A stretch of DNA of 63,955 nt, counting the filler, from Reclinomonas americana ATCC 50394 (Eukaryota): NCBI GenBank assembly GCA_048213135.1. It is 7 parts of 7 records of this genome, joined end to end, with 100 filler letters (N's around TTAATTAATTAA, not from the genome) between each part and the next. Parts side by side here need not be neighbours in the genome. Positions count along the whole stretch, not along the records: positions 56,595 to 62,774 come from AFZH01016343.1; positions 62,875 to 63,955 come from PS015996.1; 5 more parts are not named here. The stretch is one strand, 5' to 3'. The translations under genes were made by a program, and so were the position numbers. The notes under the pieces are model-generated. The model searched no databases. It worked only from the letters and a program-made list of their open reading frames with translations, and was not told where the DNA came from. Positions within the stretch are counted from its first letter, which is position 1. Every line of letters starts with the position of its first letter. Positions 56,595-63,955 of this stretch are shown piece after piece.

Positions 56595-59500
56595 GTGGGG
56601 CTGGACTTGGCGGCCGACGCGGTGGCGCGCTCAGGACTGTGCTTGAATGAGCAGGTGGCCAACGAGTGCCTGCGAGTGCTGTACTCGACGGTGGTGGACC
56701 CAGCGTTTTCCACCGAGAAGGAGGTGCTGGGATCGGTGTTGAAGGTGCTGCAGGCCATGCATCGCGGCGGTTTTCCGCCCTCAGGCGACGTGCAGACGTA
56801 CACGGAGATATTGTGTCGCCTGGTCGGCAGCGAGAGCACGTGCGAGGCTGCCACGGCGCTGGTGGGCGACGTGCTGCGCAGCTTGCTCGGCTACGCCGTC
56901 TTTCAGTGCATGCTGACGGTGCTGGAGAGTCCCGGTCGCGGCGAGGACTTTTGCTTGTACCGCGGCGCCGTCTTCGCCGTCAGCAGCGCCACGTGGGGCG
57001 GTCGCAAAGTGGAGAACTTGCGCGTGCCATTCACCCCCATTCTGACGGCGCTGCTGATGGTGTTGCGCTACGGTCGTGCCGAGTTGTCGTTTGAGGTGCT
57101 GCTGTCGATGCGCCGTCTCATCACCAAGTACGGCAACACGCTGACAGTGGAGTGGGACACTGTCGGGCGCATTCTCGAGTCCATTGTGACGGGCCCGCTG
57201 GACGAGATTGTGCGACCGCAGATCGAGGCCACGCTGCAGCAGACGCTCGAGAAGATTGCCGGTGAGTGACGGGGGAATTTTTGGCCTCTTTCTCACGTTC
57301 CTTTTCTGATTGGTATTTGATAGAGTTTGCGCGATTGGGCGAATTTTTCGGCTCGGAGGAGGCACTTTCGGCGCTCGCCATTCGTGCGTCGCACTGGTTG
57401 CCGGAGACTACCGTCATTCGCCTCGTCAGCGCCTTGGTGAGCGAATTCGTGGACAACAGGGGCGAGAGGGCGACCATGGCTCACACGTGTTTTCTTCTCA
57501 ACGATATAGGAAAGCGATGTGCATCCCTCACACCCCGACTGGCATCACTATCTCGAAAAGCTCTTGCAGCACTTTCTCGTCGGCGACACTCGCATCAATG
57601 TGAAGCTGGCGGTGCGTAATGCCGTTGTCCATCAAGTGTGTGTGTGACCATCGTGGGGCTCATTGTTGTATGCGCTGGATTGCAGGCGTTGCAAGTGTTG
57701 GAGAAGCTCGTGCCGTCGTGTGCCTACACCAACGATGATGTGATTGCACGCGACATTTTTCAGCGATATCTGCGCCCGCTGCTGGAGAACGAGGGAGCGC
57801 CTTCCGCTGTGCGGGAGCGGTGAGTGTCATGCTCCGCAGGATGGATGTCTTGTTGTGGCCATTCTCATTTTCATCTTTGATGCCGCAATCTCCAGTGTGG
57901 TCAACGTCCTCGTTTGCATTCTGCGCGAGTTGCAGTCGAGCGTGTTTGCAGAACTGCTCTCGCTTCTCGAATCTCTGCTGAAGTGCGTGTTCCTCCCTGC
58001 GTATGTATGTCCGTCTGCCTTTTGTTTCCCACTTACTGGAATGATCGACACGTGCAGTCTGCCCGACGTGTCCATTCCGCTTATTGTCGTCAACGGCCTC
58101 AGCAGCATTTTCGCCCGTCGCTTCTTGCACTACCCGTCGAGGTGCGTCTCGTATTGTGTGCGTGTTCTTCTTGCCTCCACGCACTCTCATATGTCGATGT
58201 ACCGCATCTCAGCTCTGCCGTGTCCGTGCTCGAGGCACTCGCGCGGAGTGTCACGGACTCCAACATGGACGTGCGAGTGCACGTCATGTCCACGCTCAGC
58301 AATATTTACGCCGACTCAGCGCACTTTTTGCACGTGCGTGTGACACACGTCTTTGTTACGCACACGCCCTCCCCTGAAGTGTTTGCATATGCATGTGCGC
58401 AGTTTGTCGACAATGGCAGCCCGTACATTCGATGCGGTCACTTGCCGCCGCGTCCGCCGCACGCGCCACCGTCGCTGGTGACATCGGTCCTCGACGTGAT
58501 CCAGTCGATGACGGATGCCCTGTGCCAGATTCTGGTCTCGGAGACCGACAACCAGTTCTCTATCAGCACGCTGAACTTGCTGAAGAAGTGGATCTGCAAT
58601 GTGTACATGCTCAAGGACGTCGACGTGAACACGCTGGCCGGAGTCGTGTGCCGCAAGTGGATGCTGCGCCACGATGTCACAGTTGCGCACCGTGGATCTT
58701 TAGTTTGCTCTTCTGAACTGACAGAGAGAGAGAGAGAGAGAGAGACTGAGTGTTTATGTGTGTGTACTTCTTCCGCCAACCACGTTCGTGCATGCAGTCC
58801 GGCCGCTTCCTCGCCGAGTTGCAAAAGGAGCTGTTGTTGACACTGCGGTGCCTGGTGGCGCTCCACAACTCGAAGATCGCCGATGAAACCCGGCGTGTGG
58901 CTCTCGAGGTGACGACCAGTGCACTAATGGAAGTGGGCTTGCGGGTTCGTCGTCGATCAGTGTGTCGCAAGAAAAAATGAGGTGTACTGACTTTACTACT
59001 CCCGTGTAGCCCACAGCGTTGCAGACGGCGCAGATTCTGCTGACCATGCTGACGCCGGCCATGTTTCCCTCGCTCAACCACTTTGTCATTGTGTTGGCGC
59101 GAGTGTACTTGGAGGAGCCATTCCTGCGCACTATGGTGTGTGAGGCCGTCGAGCCCATCTGCCGCAGTATGCGTGCGTTGGCCAGCCTCCGTCGTGAGGG
59201 CTTCCGTGATCTGTGCTGCATTCTGCTGTCGGGAGTCGGCCTGTCGGCGTTTCCGCGCCGTTCATCGCCAGCCACGGGAGGGTTGCGCAAGGTGATTTTT
59301 TGGTTGATGATGGTGTCTGCTGTGCTGATTGAGCCGCTCATTCGCGCTGCGTGTGTGTGCATCCGCGCGCGCTGCAGGAGAGTCGCAGTGCGAGTATGGA
59401 GGACTTGGGTGTCAACGCTGGCTCACAAGCGCATCCGTCAGCTCCGTCGAGTCAGATGCACATGGCCGCCTCGTTTGACCTGAGCGACTTGGCCGAGATG

Positions 59501-62500
59501 CGTCGCGATTCACAACAACAACAACAACTGCAACAGCGCAGTAAGCAGGGTGCCATGGAGAAGCACTTCTCGGTGGACTCGATGCCAGAGGTCACCGAAG
59601 GCGACGACGCTGGAGCTGCTGCCAGTGGCGACTGGCAAGGCGGCAGCAACGCCGTGTCGTCGTCTCCCGACGACTATGGAGGCTCCGAGGAGGTGGAGGA
59701 GGTACGATTCCTTGCCTCTCGCTCTATTGTGTATGAGTCTTCCTTTTTCTCACGCATCGCAGTGGGACTACTACCGATCAATGTTGTGTGTGACGGCGGT
59801 CACCGCCCTGGTCCAGCATTGCCCGCAGCCGAAGCGACGTGTGCCATTGCGCGGCACTCTGACTCGCCTGGTCACCGACATGCCGCCGACGAGTCCAGCT
59901 CGACCCTACGCAGTGGCCTTGGCCGACTTTGTGGATCGCGACTTGCACGAGGATTTGCAGGGCCGACCCTCCCACTCCCTCTCTGACCTCTTTGCCTCGT
60001 GCCCGTCGCGCTTCTGGTACCGCGACGGTCAGCTCGTCACTCTGACGGCGTCGCCAACTGGGTACAGCGAGCTGGCCGTGCGGCGCCCGTCGGGTGTCTT
60101 CAAGTGGATGCTGCTGACCGAGAATCTGCCGCGTCACATGGCTACCGGGTTGCGTCTACATTCGCACACCCATGGCCCGCTCTCCCATCGTTTTATCACT
60201 TATTTGTTTACCGCGCAGCCTGCACCGCCATGCGCTGCAACTGAGTCCCTTCAATCTCTTTCACTCGGTCAGCAATCTCTTTGCGGTCGGCGCTGATCGC
60301 GCCTTGAAGTTGGCCGCCTCGCAGCAGCTCGCCGCTGGTGGCAACCGGCGACGCAGTGCGCCACGGTTCGCCGCCAGACCGTCACGACAGCGAAGGTGAG
60401 CGTGTGATGCGAGGGAATGTGCGTGATGTGAGACTCACCAAATGCATCGCCGCCTGCAGGAGAGCCAGCTCGTCCGACATTGAGTCGTCTCGTTTCGTTG
60501 CCTTTCGTTTCTTTCACAATTGGCGTCTCCCCTCTCACATGATTGTGTTGACGCAGTGTTGATACCGGCTCACCTGGGCGCGGTCTGGACGCGTGCGGCT
60601 GGCCTATCGGAGGGTCCGGGCAGTGCCGTGGCCATTGGTGCCGGGCAGCGCGAGCGCGATCTGGAAGACACGGCGGTGTTTCACGTGCCGCGAGCCGGCA
60701 GTTGTCCCGATCTTGTGGGCGTGCTGCTGCCGACAATGCCGGCGCAGAGTGAGGCGCAAGCAGAGGTTGCCCGCGGTGTGGCGGCCGCGGTTGCGTCGGG
60801 CATTGTTGTGTCGACGGCGTCGGCATTCCTCGGTGTCGAGGAGGAGGGAGTCGAGTCGCCACTGACGCCTGGCGATGTTGCCTCGCCTCTCTTTTCGTTT
60901 GCCGAGTCGCGCCCTTTCCCACATCATCTCCACTCGTCACCGGGGGGAGTGAAAGTCGACTCGCGATCGGGCCACACGTCGCCCACCGAAGGCGTGTCGT
61001 TTGGTGGAGTCCTCGGGGCCGCAGTGGAGGCGCCATCGCAGCGAGCCGCCGGCACGGTGGTGTTCGCCAGCGGAAACTTCTCGGGGGCCGGCCTGGCGGC
61101 CGTCTCGTCGACGCCCGAAGAACCGCGCCGCTTCGGCTCGCTGGGTGTCGAAGACAGGGCGCGTCTGCGCGAGCCTCCTAGTGCACACAGCATTCTCGGT
61201 TCCTCGCTCGAGCACCACGGTGAACGAAAGTGCGGGATAGAGGGGGAAGAGAAGGAGAGGGAGAGAGTGAGAGGAGAGAGGGAGGGAGAGGAAGAGGGAG
61301 AAACAGAGGTGCAAAGAGATTTGCTGTCATTGTGTTCGACATTGTGTGCGCTCTTGTGTGTGTGAGAGTGAGAGAGTGAGAGGAGGAAGAGTGGGAGAGG
61401 GAGAGGGAGAAATAGAAGTGCAAAGAGTTTGCTATCATTGTGTTCGACAGTGTGTGCGCTCTTGTGTGTGTGTGAGAGAGAGAGAGAGAGATGGAGAAAC
61501 AGAGGTGCAAAGTGGTTGACAGTGTCATTGTGTTTGGTAGTGTGTGTGTGTGTGTGTGCGTGTGTGAGAGAGAGAGAAAACTATTCGATGCGTTTTCTCA
61601 CCCATGTCATGCAGATGGTCCTCTGTCGCCGCCGGAACTCGGATCGCCGGGCATGTCTGTTGCGTGCGTGTGTGTGTCGCGCGTGCACTTAATTGTCAAT
61701 CAGCGGTCCGACACTGCCTGCAGGTGGAAATGTCGCCGCTGAGTGGCCGTCGGCGTTCACGAACATGGGCGCCCAGTCACGATCGTCCGGGCGTGACCGA
61801 TGTGACCTCCGATGGCTCGTCGCAAAACACGAGTGCGCATGGTGTGGCGATTCGTTCATGAGTGTGTGAGAAAGAGAGAATGGAGTGATACTGATTGTGT
61901 TGGCGTGCAGGAGGCGGAGGTGGAGGAGGTGGAGTGGCGTTGACCAAGTCGTTTTCGCAACGCCTGTTGGACACGACGCCCACGGTCGCCGCCGTCCGCG
62001 TCAACAACACCGCTCCAGTACACAGCGTTGAAGAGGTGCTGCATCTGTTCAACCTGGCGTCGGCGCCGTCGGGTGAGTCGAAACGCCGTGCCAGACAAGT
62101 TGGTTTTTGTCTCTCATGTGCACCTCTGCCGCAGTACCATGTGCCGATGACTCGGACGATGCCATCAAGCGTGCCGTGGCGGCTCTCGATCGCCTGCCGA
62201 CCACTTTCACGTCGCGTATTGGCGTGTTGTATGTGGCGCGTGGACAGACCACCGAAGAGGAGATTCTCGGCAACACGGATCTTGTGTCGTTGCGGTACAT
62301 GAAGGTGCGTGTGTGAGTGGCAGCAAGAAGAGTGCGTGCCGTGTGACCAACATTGGCACCATCAGTTCTTGCAAGGCCTCGGCGAGGTTGTGCGTGTGAA
62401 TGAAGATCCGGACATGTATCTCGGCGGCCTCGACCGGTTCGGCTCTGACGGGCCGACGGCACTCATCCATCGCGATGGCGTGTCGGGTGAGTCACTTTGC

Positions 62501-62774
62501 TCGAGATTACTCTCCGCGCCTTGTCATTCACCTTGTTGGCGTCACAGAAACTGTGTTCCACGTGGCCTCGCTGATGGAGAATGTGGAGGACGACCCGCAG
62601 CACACGCACAAGAAGCGACACATCGGCAACGACCTGGTGCACATTGTGTACACGGAGCACGAGTCTGGCTTGTATGCGCGCAACACGCTGTCGGGCGACT
62701 TTGGTCTGGTGCAGATTGTCGTGCGGCCGGTCGACGAGCACTGCTGCGGTGTGCGTGTCCAGTGTGATCCGCGG
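56595..62774 (+). CDS. TSC2: Tuberin (TSC2), both ends cut by linkers
   Basis: RGAVFAVSSATWG, FEVLLSMRRLITKY, ELAVRRPSG. Rap-GAP domain: IGVLYVARGQTTEEEILGN, YLGGLD, VFHVASLM, KKRHIGNDLVHIVY. Confidence 0.9.
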
Positions 62775-62874
62775 NNNNNNNNNNNNNNNNNNNNNNNNNN
62801 NNNNNNNNNNNNNNNNNNTTAATTAATTAANNNNNNNNNNNNNNNNNNNNNNNNNNNNNNNNNNNNNNNNNNNN

Positions 62875-63955
62875 GAGGGTGCCGCTGGCTCGTACGCCCC
62901 CATGACCGGCAACATTGTGTTCAACGCGCAAGATCCCAGCGTCATGGCCGGCCGCTCCGTCGGTCGCAACTTCCCCCGCCGTCTGCTGATCACGGCCAAC
63001 AGTTTTGCACTCTACAAGGACCTCTTGTTCACGTGCGGTCACTGGGACTGCAGCTTCAAGTGCGTCGACGTGTCCAGTGGTACGTTGCTGCAGAGTGTGT
63101 GGCGACACAAGGACATTGTCACGTGCATTGCGGTTGCGGCCGACGGCAAGACGCTGGTCACGGGAAGCCGGGTTCGTGTGTGGTTGTTTTCTATCTGTAA
63201 CATTCACTCGCGCGTGTGTGTGTGTCTCACGCACTCCCGTCGCGCACACGCAGGATACCACGCTCGCCATTTGGGATATCTCCGTCGGCAGCCGCAGCGG
63301 TCGTGTGGTGGATCTCGAACCGCGGCACATTCTCTACGGCCACGACAATGAGGTGTTGTGTGTGGCCGTGTCGACGGAACTCGATCTGGTGCTGAGTGGA
63401 TCCAAGGTGCCGTATTCACACAAACAAACGCACATTCACACACATGCATTGTTTTCCGTCTCTCATCGATGACGTTCCAGGACGGGAGCTGCAATCTGCA
63501 CTCGCTTATCACGGGCCGTTTCATTCGCGTCTTCTGGCCACCAATGTGTCAGTCGGTCAATTCTGTCACGCTGTCAGCGCACGGCTACTTTGTCATGCAC
63601 TGCCAGGTGCGTTTCTCTCTCTCCCTCCCTCCCCGTCGCTCGGATATGTGCAGTGAGAATGACTGTCCTCGTTGTGTGCGTGCGCAGCAAACCGGCGTGC
63701 TCCACTCGTTCAGTGTCAACAAGTCGCGTCCGCTGGCCACGCGCCATATGGATTCGCGGCTGGAAGCATTTGCCATCTCACGCTCCGGCGAGTACGTGGT
63801 GGTGGGCGGGCACAGCCCGCGCGTTCGCATCCTCTCGCTCAGCACGTTGCGTCGCTCTCGTTGTCGTCTCATCGTGATTGATGGCCGTGGTTCTCACTTT
63901 CTTTTGTGCTTCAGGTTGGAGGAAACGTACTCGTTTGAGCTCGCGGATCGCGAGT
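62875..63955 (+). CDS. C-terminal WD40 region of a BEACH-domain (neurobeachin/NBEAL/Lvs-like) protein, partial
   Basis: LFTCGHWDCSF...HKDIVTC...LVTGSR|DTTLAIWD...PRHILYGHDNEVLCVAVSTELDLVLSGSK|DGSCNLH. Confidence 0.85.

Overview
Draft eukaryotic (protist-like) assembly. Seven pieces are joined by artificial 100-nt linkers (44 N + TTAATTAATTAA + 44 N), and there are three further N gaps. Most of the window is intron-rich host genes with microsatellite-rich introns: an SLC35F-type transporter, a degenerate Tes/MJ0619-like radical-SAM gene, an ankyrin/coiled-coil/IRAK-Pelle-type kinase, a probable ATG11/FIP200, SEM1/DSS1, a START-domain fragment, a GGAI-repeat multipass membrane protein, PAAF1/Rpn14, TSC2 and a BEACH-type WD40 tail. 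The standout is the intron-less, gene-dense 15.5-kb piece at 14462-29967, a small double-jelly-roll DNA virus. It encodes an NCLDV-like major capsid protein, a penton, an A32 packaging ATPase, several small membrane proteins, a stand-alone HUH endonuclease and a large SF3 helicase. I could not recognise a DNA polymerase, integrase/recombinase or protease. It lies between the two halves of the host kinase gene and next to a 494-bp fragment with terminal inverted repeats and hairpin-bearing 42-bp tandem repeats. All family assignments come from motifs recognised by eye; no database searches were run, and exon boundaries are approximate.
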